DNA from: Terriglobales bacterium
GTDB lineage: Bacteria; Acidobacteriota; Terriglobia; Terriglobales; SCQP01
Direction: 5' to 3'
NCBI GenBank assembly: GCA_035606395.1
Contig: DATNFK010000009.1
Location: forward strand, 68,209-132,208
Length of the DNA stretch: 64,000 bases
Part shown: positions 29,094 through 38,140 of the stretch, in pieces
Layout of the letters: each line of letters opens with the position of its first letter
Numbering within the stretch: position 1 is the stretch's first letter
Position numbers and translations under genes: made by a program
The notes under the pieces: generated by a model
Database searches by the model: none
What the model saw: only the letters and a program-made list of their open reading frames with translations
Told to the model about the DNA's origin: nothing

Positions 29094-32000
29094 ATGTACG
29101 CTGAACTCCGAGCCCGGAGCGCTTTTAGTTTTCTCGAAGGCGCGAGCCTGCCTGAAACACTGGCCGAGACGGCGGCCGAGCTGGGGATCCCCGCCGTGGC
29201 GCTGAGCGATGGCGCCGGGGTGTACGGCGCCCCGCGCTTCCATAAGGCAATGCGCCAGCAGGGCCTGCAGCCGATCATTGGCGCCGAGATTCCGCTCCAT
29301 GACGGCGCGCGCTTGCCGCTGCTGGTCGAGACGCGCGAGGGTTACCGCAATCTTTGCAGGCTGCTGAGCCGCATGCATTTGCGCGCGCCGAAGGGCGAGG
29401 GACGCTGCCGCCTCGAGGAACTCGCCGAGTTTGCGCCTGGCCTGGTTGCGCTCACCGGGGGCGAGAGCGGGCCGCTGCCGGCCGCGCTGAGCCGGGGTGA
29501 GGCGCGCCGCCTTCTTGACGGCTTACTGGGCGCGTTTGGCCGCGAAAATGTTTTTATCGAGATCTCGCGTCACCACCGCCAGGAACAGGAGAGGTTCAAC
29601 CTTGCCTCGATTGAATTGGCCGACGCGCTGCGCCTGCCGCTCCTCGCGACCAACGCCGTCACCTATGCCACCGCCGAAGCGCGGCCGGTGGCTGACGTGT
29701 TCGCATGCCTGCGGCATCACGTCCGTCTCGACGCCGCCGGACGCAAGCTCGAGGCCAACGCCGAACGGCGCTTGAAGTCGCCGGCGGCCATGGCGCAACT
29801 GTTTCGTGATCGTCCCGACGCCATCGCTCACAGCGGTGAACTCGCGGCGCGGCTGAAGTTCCAGCTCGACGCGCTGGGCTATGCGTTTCCGCGTCCGCCA
29901 GTGCCCGAGGGGGAGACGCCGGCGAGTATGCTGCGCCGTCTGACCGAAGCCGGCGCGGCGCGGCGGTACGGCTTCACCAGTCCCTTGGCGCGGCGCGCGC
30001 GGCGGCAAATCGAACGTGAGTTGGGGCTGATTGAAAAGCTTGGGCTCGAGGGCTATTTCCTCATCGTGCGCGATATTGTCGAATTTTGCCGCGAGGAGGG
30101 CATTCTCGCCCAGGGGCGCGGCTCGGCCGCCAACAGCGCCGTCTGCTACAGCCTCCATATCACCGCCGTGGACCCGGTGGGTATGGAGCTGCTCTTCGAG
30201 CGTTTTCTCTCCGAGCAGCGCGGTGAGTGGCCCGACATTGACATTGATTTGCCCAGCGGCGACCGCCGCGAGCGCGTCATTCAGCATCTGTACCAGCGCT
30301 ACGGCAAGCATGGCGCCGCCATGACCGCCAATGTCATCACCTACCGCGGCCGGAGCGCGGCGCGCGAAGTGGGAAAGGTGCTGGATTTCCCCGACGCCAT
30401 GATCGGGCGGCTGATCCAGGCGATCGCCGCCGCGCGGCCGCCGGAGCCACAGGACGTGGTCGAACATGGCGGCGCTCCCCCGGGTTGGGATCCCGCTCCC
30501 GCCGAGCGGCCCACCCTGCATGAATCCCTGCGGCGCGCCGGCTTCGACGCCGCCCATCCCCGGCTGCGGCATTTTCTCCATCTGTGCCGCGCCCTGCAGG
30601 ATTTGCCCCGGCACCTGGGGCAGCACTCCGGCGGTATGGTGCTTTCCGATGAGCCGCTCGACGGCGTGGTGCCGCTTGAGAACGCCTCGATGCCGGGACG
30701 CGTGGTCGTGCAGTGGGACAAGGACGACTGCGCGCAGCTCGGCATTATCAAGGTTGATCTGCTCGGCCTGGGCATGATGGCCGTGCTGCAAGACTCCCTG
30801 CGCATGCTGCATCCCCATGTCGCCGAGAACGCGCCCGAGGCGCTCGACCTGGCCCAGTTTCCACCCGACGACCCGAAGGTCTATCGCATGCTGTGCGAGG
30901 CCGACACGATCGGCGTTTTTCAGGTCGAGAGCCGCGCCCAGATGGCGACGTTGCCGCGGCTGCGTCCGCAACGATTTTATGACTTGGTGGTCGAGGTGGG
31001 GCTGATTCGCCCCGGGCCGGTGGCGGGCAACATGGTCAATCCGTATCTGGAGCGCCGCGCCGGGCGCCAGCCCATCACCTATCCGCACCCCGCGCTCGAG
31101 CCCATTCTCAAACGCACCCTGGGCGTGCCCCTGTTTCAGGAGCAGCTGTTGCGCATGGCCATGGTGGCGGCCGGCTTCACCGGCGGCGAGGCCGAGGAAC
31201 TGCGCCGCGCCTTCGGGTTCAAGCGCGCCGAAGCCAAGATGAGCGTGGTCGAGACCAAGCTCCGCGCCGGCATGGCGCAGCGCGGGATTACAGGCGAGGC
31301 GGCCGAAGCCATCATCGGGTTCGTTACCTCGTTTGCGCTTTATGGATTTCCCGAATCGCACGCCGCGAGTTTTGCGCTGCTGGTTTATGCATCGGCGTAC
31401 CTAAAGGCGCATTATTCAGCCGAGTTCTACGCTGCGCTGCTGAACAACCAGCCGATGGGCTTTTACTCCCCTTCCACCCTGGTGCAGGATGCGGTGCGGC
31501 ATCACGTGACGGTTTTGCCGATCGCCGTTGCGGAATCGGATTGGGATTGCACGCTCCCCCAGCCGCGGCCCGCGCTGCCGGCGTTTCGTTTGGGGCTGCG
31601 CATGGTTTCAGGCTTGCCGCAAGCGGTCGCCCAGGAGATTGTCGCGGCGCGACGGCTCGCGCCTTTCGTTTCGCTCGACGACCTGCGCCGCCGCACCGGG
31701 CTGGGAAAAAGCGATGCCCGGCTGCTGGCCTCGCTGGGGGCGCTGCCGTTTCATCCCTCGCGCCGCGATGCGCTGTGGCAGGTCGAGCGTGCCTGGCGGC
31801 CGCCCGGGAGTTTATATGAAGAGGACACGCCTGAGCCCGCCCGCACGGGGCCGCTGCCGGAGATGACGCCGGAAGAAAAAATGCTGGCCGATTTTCGAGG
31901 CTCGTCGCTCACCCTGGGCCCGCATCCGTTTGCCCTGCGCCGCCAGGAACTCGAGCGTCAGGGTGTGCGCACGGCGGCTGAAATCCGCCGCCTGCCATCC

Positions 32001-32276
32001 GGCCGGCGCGTGCGCGTGGCAGGCATGGTGCTGGCGCGGCAGCGGCCCGGCACCGCCAAGGGGATTGTTTTCATCAGCCTCGAGGACGAAAGCGGGATCG
32101 TCAACATCATCGTCCCCAGCGCCACCTTTGAAGCGCAGCGCCTGGTGATCGTCTCCGAGCCGGCGCTGTTCATCGAGGGCACGCTGCAGAATCGTGATGG
32201 CATTGTCCACGTCAAGGGCGAGAATTTTCTGCCGCTCGCCTCGGCCCTGCTCATCCCCTCCTACGACTTCCATTAG
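29094..32276 (+). CDS. dnaE2: error-prone DNA polymerase III alpha-like DnaE2 (ImuC)
   Basis: 1060 aa starting MYAELRARSAFSFLEGAS (PHP domain), with a pol III alpha core and an OB fold. It follows imuA-imuB. Confidence 0.95.
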   Translation: MYAELRARSAFSFLEGASLPETLAETAAELGIPAVALSDGAGVYGAPRFHKAMRQQGLQPIIGAEIPLHDGARLPLLVETREGYRNLCRLLSRMHLRAPKGEGRCRLEELAEFAPGLVALTGGESGPLPAALSRGEARRLLDGLLGAFGRENVFIEISRHHRQEQERFNLASIELADALRLPLLATNAVTYATAEARPVADVFACLRHHVRLDAAGRKLEANAERRLKSPAAMAQLFRDRPDAIAHSGELAARLKFQLDALGYAFPRPPVPEGETPASMLRRLTEAGAARRYGFTSPLARRARRQIERELGLIEKLGLEGYFLIVRDIVEFCREEGILAQGRGSAANSAVCYSLHITAVDPVGMELLFERFLSEQRGEWPDIDIDLPSGDRRERVIQHLYQRYGKHGAAMTANVITYRGRSAAREVGKVLDFPDAMIGRLIQAIAAARPPEPQDVVEHGGAPPGWDPAPAERPTLHESLRRAGFDAAHPRLRHFLHLCRALQDLPRHLGQHSGGMVLSDEPLDGVVPLENASMPGRVVVQWDKDDCAQLGIIKVDLLGLGMMAVLQDSLRMLHPHVAENAPEALDLAQFPPDDPKVYRMLCEADTIGVFQVESRAQMATLPRLRPQRFYDLVVEVGLIRPGPVAGNMVNPYLERRAGRQPITYPHPALEPILKRTLGVPLFQEQLLRMAMVAAGFTGGEAEELRRAFGFKRAEAKMSVVETKLRAGMAQRGITGEAAEAIIGFVTSFALYGFPESHAASFALLVYASAYLKAHYSAEFYAALLNNQPMGFYSPSTLVQDAVRHHVTVLPIAVAESDWDCTLPQPRPALPAFRLGLRMVSGLPQAVAQEIVAARRLAPFVSLDDLRRRTGLGKSDARLLASLGALPFHPSRRDALWQVERAWRPPGSLYEEDTPEPARTGPLPEMTPEEKMLADFRGSSLTLGPHPFALRRQELERQGVRTAAEIRRLPSGRRVRVAGMVLARQRPGTAKGIVFISLEDESGIVNIIVPSATFEAQRLVIVSEPALFIEGTLQNRDGIVHVKGENFLPLASALLIPSYDFH

Positions 32277-32319
32277 GGGAGTCCGGCCTATCAATGCCGC
32301 ACTACACTAGACTCTTACC

Positions 32320-33237
32320 ATGCGGATTCGGGCCAGCCGGCGGCGCGCGGTGGTGTTCCTGGTGCTTGGCATCTGCCTCGTCGCGCTCGCTGCCGCCTTC
32401 AACGTGGGCTGGATTGTGCTCAACTGGCGCGAGGGCGCGCTGCTCGGTCTGGGGTTGCTGTTCTTCCCCCTGATCGTCGCCGGCCTGGTGCTCAATACCA
32501 TCTTTTTGGTGCGTGAAATCCGCCGCAATGAACAACACAACGCTTTCATCAACGCCGTCACCCATGAATTGAAAACGCCGGTGGCCTCCATTCGTCTGTA
32601 TCTCGAAACGCTGCAGTCGCGCGCCGTCGAACCCGCCAAGCAGCAGGAGTTCTACCGCATCATGCTCGCCGACAGCGAGCGCTTGCTTTCGACCGTCGAA
32701 CAGATTTTGCGCGCCGGACGCGCCGGCCACGCCCAGCGCGCCATTGAACAACACCGGCTACCGTTGCCCGATCTGGTGCGCGAGTCGGCCGCCATTGTCA
32801 CCTCGCGCTATGACCTCGCGCCCGGAGCCATCACCTGCGCCGTCGCGCCCGAAGCCGAGCGCGCCGTGGTGGCCGGCGATGCCGGGGAGATGCGCGCGGC
32901 CATTGTCAATCTATTCGACAACGCCGTGAAATACTCCGCCCCCGGCGTGGTCTCCGTCCAGGCCGCGCTCAGCGGCAGCGATCCCTTCTACTGGACGTTG
33001 CGCATTACCGATCAGGGGCGCGGCATCGAGCGCGGCCAACTCAAGGCCATCTTCAAGCGCTTCTACCGCGTGCCGATTCTTCATGCCAACCCGTCGGCCC
33101 AGGTCACCGGGACTGGACTCGGTTTGTTCATCGTGCGCTCGGTCGTCAGGCGTCACGGCGGCCGGGTGTTTGCCTCGAGCCAGGGCCCCGGCCTCGGCGC
33201 CACCTTCACCGTGCAGCTCCCCCGCCCCACCGCCTAA
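32320..33237 (+). CDS. sensor histidine kinase (2 TM, HisKA + HATPase_c)
   Basis: The H-box is FINAVTHELKTPVASI and the G-box is GTGLGLFIV. Confidence 0.9.
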   Translation: MRIRASRRRAVVFLVLGICLVALAAAFNVGWIVLNWREGALLGLGLLFFPLIVAGLVLNTIFLVREIRRNEQHNAFINAVTHELKTPVASIRLYLETLQSRAVEPAKQQEFYRIMLADSERLLSTVEQILRAGRAGHAQRAIEQHRLPLPDLVRESAAIVTSRYDLAPGAITCAVAPEAERAVVAGDAGEMRAAIVNLFDNAVKYSAPGVVSVQAALSGSDPFYWTLRITDQGRGIERGQLKAIFKRFYRVPILHANPSAQVTGTGLGLFIVRSVVRRHGGRVFASSQGPGLGATFTVQLPRPTA

Positions 33238-33241
33238 CCGC

Positions 33242-33946
33242 ATGCCTCACATTCTCATCGTCGAGGACGAACGCCATCTGGCCGAGGGCCTTCGTTTCAA
33301 CCTTGAAGCCGAGGGCTTCACCGTCACGCTAGCCGAAACCGGCGAAGCCGCCCTGGAATTGCTTTCGCGTGAGAACGACGTGGATCTGATCGTGCTCGAC
33401 GTCATGCTGCCCGGCAAGAGCGGCTTCGAGGTCGCGGCCGAGCTCCGCCACGCGAAAAACTATCTGCCCATCCTCATGCTGACCGCGCGCGCCTTGGCCG
33501 AGGATGTCCTCGCCGGCTTCGCCGCCGGGGCCGACGACTACCTGCCCAAGCCATTCGATCTGGCGATTCTGGTGGCCCGCATCCACGGACTCTTGCGCCG
33601 CCGCAAGTGGTTGGCGCCCGCCGCCGATGCTCCTCCCGACGTCTACGCTTTCCAGCGGCGCGTGGTTGACTTCGCCCGTCTCGAAATCCAATACGGCGAG
33701 CGGCGTTATCCGCTCACGCTCATGGAGGCGAATCTGCTACGCTACCTGGTCCAGCGCGAAGGCAGGCCCGTGTCGCGCAAAGTCATGCTGGCTGAGGTCT
33801 GGGATCTGCGCGAGGAAACCGACACGCGCGCCATTGACAATTTTATTGTCCGCCTCCGCAAGTATCTCGAAGACGAGCCGGCCCACCCCCGCCATCTGCT
33901 CACCGTGCGGGGGGTCGGCTATCAGTTCGTCGCTAATCCACGGTAA
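33242..33946 (+). CDS. OmpR/PhoB-family response regulator
   Basis: The ATG at 33242 gives MPHILIVEDERHLAEGL, followed by DLIVLDVMLPG and a winged-helix C-terminus (TVRGVGYQF). Confidence 0.9.
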   Translation: MPHILIVEDERHLAEGLRFNLEAEGFTVTLAETGEAALELLSRENDVDLIVLDVMLPGKSGFEVAAELRHAKNYLPILMLTARALAEDVLAGFAAGADDYLPKPFDLAILVARIHGLLRRRKWLAPAADAPPDVYAFQRRVVDFARLEIQYGERRYPLTLMEANLLRYLVQREGRPVSRKVMLAEVWDLREETDTRAIDNFIVRLRKYLEDEPAHPRHLLTVRGVGYQFVANPR

Positions 33947-36900
33947 GCGTCACGGTTTGGCTTGCGGTCACAGCGCCCGATGTGCCGGTGATGGTAATCG
34001 TCGCGGTCACTGGCGTCGGAGTGGTCCCGCCACCGCCACCACCACTGCTGCCGCCGCCACCGCAACCGACCGCGGCCAAGGCCGCGAAGGCAATCGTGGC
34101 CGTTAACACGCGCCGCCGTCCTCGCTGACTTGCGAGCGACATCCCAAGCAGCCCCAAAAGCCCGCTCAGCAACGCAATAAGTGGCCAACCACTCGTCGGC
34201 CCGCGTGGTGCGAACGGCGCCGCTGCCAACTTGCTGGTTGTCACCGTCAGGGTCGAAGTCCCGCTCGTCGTCCCCGAGAGTGCGACCGATGCGGGCGCGA
34301 ACGAACAGGCTTCTCCCGATGGCGCGCCGGAACAGGTCAGGGCGACCGTTCCGGTGAATCCATTGTTCGGGCTCAGCGTTACCGGGAACGTCGCGCTGGT
34401 GCCGCCGGTCACTGTTTGTGGCGTATTGCCCACTGAAATGGTGAAGCCGCCACCGGTCGCCCCCACCGTTATTACCACTGCGGTCGAGGTTGACGCGGCA
34501 TAGTTGGGGTCGCCCGAATACATGGCCGTGATGCTGTCCTGGCCGGCGGGCGCGGTGACTGTCGCCGTGACCTTGCCGATGGCCGCGCCAGTAATCGGGT
34601 CGGTCGAAGGCGTGACTGTCACCGCCGACCCAAGCTGGGTGGAGCCCGAGACAAACGTCACAGTGCCGGTAGGGGCATTGCCAAAGCTTTGGCTCGTGAT
34701 CAAGACGTTAAGCGTCACCGCCGTACCCGCCACTGTGTTGCTCGTGATGGCGGTCGTGGCGGACGCCTTTGTGATCGTGAACGCCGCCGCCGCCGAGGTG
34801 CTGGCCTTGAAACTGGCCGCCCCGTTGGGGTCGGTTGCAGAGGGCGTATACGCTCCCACCAGGCTGTAGCTGCCCACCGGCAGCGTGGTGACCCCGTTGG
34901 GATAGCTGGCCTCGGCTTCGCTGTTGAGGGCGAGCGTATTCGTCGATTGGCCGGGGATACTGAGCGCAGCGCCGTTGTTGGTGAAGGTCACCGTTCCCAC
35001 CGGCACTCCGTCGTTCACAAACGTATTGCTCTTGGCCGCCGCCTGCCCTTGCACGGAACCGCTCACGAAAAGCTGGGTGCCGTAAGGGACCGAAGTAACC
35101 GCTACCTCCTGACCCAAACTATTGAAACCGAGCGCGGCCACTGTTGTCACCGATGCCTCCGGTGCCACCGTGACGCTGATCGTATTGGACAGACTGGGCG
35201 CAAAACTGGCGTCGCCGGCATAGCGGGCGACCACGTTGTAGGTGCCGCCAGGCAGCCCTTGTTCGAAGAACGCCGGGCATGACGTGCTCGTCTGGCACGC
35301 CGGCCCCTGGGAACTGATCGTAAATCCATCGACGGAAACGCCGTTGCCCACGCCGCCCGTGGTCTGTGCCAGGAGCGCCACGTCACCCGTGGGGCCCACG
35401 GCACCGCTCTGCTGCGTAACCACCATCGTGACGCTGGCCGCCTGCCCATGGGTTAGTGTTGTCGGGCTCAAACTCAAGGCCGTCTTGCTGGCGATTAAGC
35501 CCGCATCCGCCGCCGCCCAGCCGTTCACAAGATTGGCGACGTTGATCGATCCCAGGCCCGTCGCCAGGTCATAGCCCGCGGTGGCGCTAAATCCCATGGT
35601 CCCCGGCGTGCCCGAGGTGGTGGATGAGCAGTTCGGAGACGCACCCGCGCACGGCACCTTGTTGTCGCCCACGGTCGTGTCCAGGAACACACAATTAGCC
35701 GCGGGGGAACTGGCCGAGTTGCACGCCGAGTAGGTTTCCGCTTTGGCCATGTGGTACAACGTGAAATTGGCCTGGCCCTGAATCGCGCCCACTTTCTGAT
35801 CGACCAACGCCATCACCCCGGCAAACGAGGGCGCCGCGGCGGACGTGCCGCCGAAGACGTCGAAGCTGAAGCCGCCCGAACTGTTCACTGTGCATGGGCT
35901 CGCGCTGTCACAAACGACGTAGCCGTCGTGCCCTGCCGCCGCAAACGACACATCGGGCACATCGCGGAAACCGTCGTTGGGCATGCCGGTGATTGAGGTC
36001 GACTGCCAAACCGGCTTCGTGTAGACAATGCTCTTCCCACCGCCGCTGGCTGAAAAAGGCCCGCCGGTATTACTGGGCGTGGTGGTCAGGCTTTCGTTCC
36101 ACACCGTCTCCGGAATGGGGCCCAGCACGGAGTGAAAATCGGTGGAATTGTTGGAGGTGCTCCAGAATGCGGCGCTGTTGTTGCCCTCGTTGAATTGAGT
36201 TCCGCCCACCGCCACGTTGAACTGGGTTGCGGCCAAGCCGCTCACCGCGAGGCCCTGCGTCGCCGCCTGCTCCGAACCGTCATTGGGATCGCACGCCGCC
36301 GCCCCGCTGTCGCCGGAACTGTCAATTACGGTGATACCCTGCGCCGCCGCCTGTTCGTACAAGCCGCTGATGAATTGGTTCTCGCTCGACCCCAACCCGG
36401 CCTCGCAGGCGCCGAAGCTGGTGCTCATGATCGGCGCCAAATTGTTGGTCACGATGTATTCCGCCGATAAATCGACGCCGTCGGTGGTCTCGGTGGTGGC
36501 TGAAACCACAAAGTCAATTTTGGCGCTGGGCGCCACCGCGCCCGACCACTCCAAATCGAGATCGGCCTCATCCTCGTCGCCGTCCCTGGTCTGGCCTGGG
36601 TCCGGACCATTTAATATCGTCGTCGGAAGATTGCCCGCCTGCGCCGGCACGAACAGGTTCCTGAAGTTGGCGATGTCGGTGGGATCCACGTCGCTGCGGC
36701 CGACAATGGCGATGGTCTCGTTGGCGCCGGTGATACCGGCGGCGTAAACCGGCGCCACGTTATAAAGGATGGAGAAATCACCGGGCACAATGGCGTGCTG
36801 CGTATTGTTCTGGCCGAACGTCAGCGCCGGGCTGGCCTCACCGTTCACCGGCTTGACTCCATGCCCTCCGCCAACTGCCGGTCCCGGCGGCTTGACGAAA

Positions 36901-37508
36901 TTATTCAGCGAAACCACTCCCGCCACCACCGGGGCCAGCGCCGCTGGAATCGCCGGATCATTGGCGTTGGACCAGTGTTCTTGGCCGTTGACCTCGTAAC
37001 GGTGGATCTCGGTGTGCAGCGCGTTGGCCACGGTTCCGGCTGTACCGCTGAATTCAATGATGCTTCCGCCAGGGGCGAGGCCATTGACGGTGAAACCCTC
37101 GGAGCTGAGCCAGGCGGTCACCGTCTGCACATCGGCGGGGGAGGGACCAAATTGCTCGCCGAACTGCTGCGGCGTTAACCAACGATGAAAGTTCGGCGAC
37201 CCCTGGGTGTGCTGGTCGCTGATCAATTGCTCTAGCGCCTGTTCCTGTTCCGGCGATCGCTTGAGCAACAGCAGCATGCGGTGCAACATCATTTCAGGCG
37301 CTGCCGCACCCCGGTCCAATCCGCCGCGCGCCCGCAGCGGAACGTTGCCACCGAGGCGCACAAATTGGCTATTGTCGATCGCTTGGGTAATGCGAGCTGG
37401 CCGTGGCGTGGCTTGACTTTGAGCGGCAAGCCCGCTGGCCAGGCCGGCCGCCATTGCCAACGTGACCAGAACGCTTGCCGTTCCGAAAGTCCGGTGGAGA
37501 GTTTGCAT
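33933..37508 (-). CDS. secreted sedolisin-type (S53) serine protease with multiple Ig-like repeats and unusual C-terminal hydrophobic/lipobox segment
   Basis: 1191 aa with a signal peptide and a pro-kumamolisin-like propeptide. It carries SGDSGAA and GGTSAAAPSFAGVMAL (Ser nucleophile), followed by long Thr/Ser/Ala-rich Ig-like repeats. Confidence 0.8.
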   Translation of the reverse strand: MQTLHRTFGTASVLVTLAMAAGLASGLAAQSQATPRPARITQAIDNSQFVRLGGNVPLRARGGLDRGAAAPEMMLHRMLLLLKRSPEQEQALEQLISDQHTQGSPNFHRWLTPQQFGEQFGPSPADVQTVTAWLSSEGFTVNGLAPGGSIIEFSGTAGTVANALHTEIHRYEVNGQEHWSNANDPAIPAALAPVVAGVVSLNNFVKPPGPAVGGGHGVKPVNGEASPALTFGQNNTQHAIVPGDFSILYNVAPVYAAGITGANETIAIVGRSDVDPTDIANFRNLFVPAQAGNLPTTILNGPDPGQTRDGDEDEADLDLEWSGAVAPSAKIDFVVSATTETTDGVDLSAEYIVTNNLAPIMSTSFGACEAGLGSSENQFISGLYEQAAAQGITVIDSSGDSGAAACDPNDGSEQAATQGLAVSGLAATQFNVAVGGTQFNEGNNSAAFWSTSNNSTDFHSVLGPIPETVWNESLTTTPSNTGGPFSASGGGKSIVYTKPVWQSTSITGMPNDGFRDVPDVSFAAAGHDGYVVCDSASPCTVNSSGGFSFDVFGGTSAAAPSFAGVMALVDQKVGAIQGQANFTLYHMAKAETYSACNSASSPAANCVFLDTTVGDNKVPCAGASPNCSSTTSGTPGTMGFSATAGYDLATGLGSINVANLVNGWAAADAGLIASKTALSLSPTTLTHGQAASVTMVVTQQSGAVGPTGDVALLAQTTGGVGNGVSVDGFTISSQGPACQTSTSCPAFFEQGLPGGTYNVVARYAGDASFAPSLSNTISVTVAPEASVTTVAALGFNSLGQEVAVTSVPYGTQLFVSGSVQGQAAAKSNTFVNDGVPVGTVTFTNNGAALSIPGQSTNTLALNSEAEASYPNGVTTLPVGSYSLVGAYTPSATDPNGAASFKASTSAAAAFTITKASATTAITSNTVAGTAVTLNVLITSQSFGNAPTGTVTFVSGSTQLGSAVTVTPSTDPITGAAIGKVTATVTAPAGQDSITAMYSGDPNYAASTSTAVVITVGATGGGFTISVGNTPQTVTGGTSATFPVTLSPNNGFTGTVALTCSGAPSGEACSFAPASVALSGTTSGTSTLTVTTSKLAAAPFAPRGPTSGWPLIALLSGLLGLLGMSLASQRGRRRVLTATIAFAALAAVGCGGGGSSGGGGGGTTPTPVTATITITGTSGAVTASQTVTLTVD

Positions 37509-37729
37509 AGTGCTATCCGTAATCCTTCAACCCTGAATTGCCCCGCCAGTTGCGTCCGGCTGTTCAGTTCAGACGTTCAGGCGAGCTACTTGGGTTCAAC
37601 ATTCCTTGTTTGGCCCTCTGCAACCGCGCGGGACAATATTCCGTCTCCTTGCTGTAAGGCAAGCTCTGTCGCCCATGTTCATGATTCTCCGACGATTCGC
37701 GGGCTTTTGTGTGGCACTTTGTGCGGGTC

Positions 37730-37984
37730 CTAGCGCGTCTCTTGGTGCGGCCCTTTGGGTTTGGCCGGGTCTTTTCGCGCCGCCGGCGCAGCCGCCTTGG
37801 CCCTCACCAGCGCGTGCAACTCCGATGCTAGATAGCGCCCGGGCCACGCGCAATGCGGGCATACCACGCGGTAAATACTGAAGTGCTCCAACTTCCGGCA
37901 ATCCTCGGTGGCGAAGATCAAACTGCAACGCCCGCACTTGATCGAAAATTGCTCTCGCGCCGTTGCTCCCGCGCTCTTCGCCAT
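37730..37984 (-). CDS. small zinc-ribbon protein (CGRC ... CPHC)
   Basis: 84 aa with an ATG start and two CxxC pairs. It is divergent from bamA. Confidence 0.5.
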   Translation of the reverse strand: MAKSAGATAREQFSIKCGRCSLIFATEDCRKLEHFSIYRVVCPHCAWPGRYLASELHALVRAKAAAPAARKDPAKPKGPHQETR

Positions 37985-38140
37985 ACTGGTTTAGATGTGC
38001 TCCGGTATCGGGAGAGCCCGCCAAAACGAACGTTGCTTTGCTCCGCATCCCAGTTCGGGACGCCCGCTCCCGGCTGCCAAATAAACACTTCCCCCTCCCA
38101 ACTTGGACCAAGGGCCAGTATAATAGCGAGGAAGTTTCGC

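Noticed and set aside
29523-31361. 612-aa minus-strand ORF
   Set aside because: It is antisense to dnaE2, whose identity is certain.
37693-37710. Sigma-54-like TGGCAC-n-TGC string
   Set aside because: The spacing and the -12 element do not fit TGGCAC-N5-TTGC, and it lies just downstream of a convergent gene end.
38119-38124. Perfect TATAAT upstream of bamA as its -10 box
   Set aside because: The only TTGGAC-like -35 is just 10 nt away. A transcript from here would remove the GAGGAAG RBS of the TTG at 38141. The element is left unassigned.
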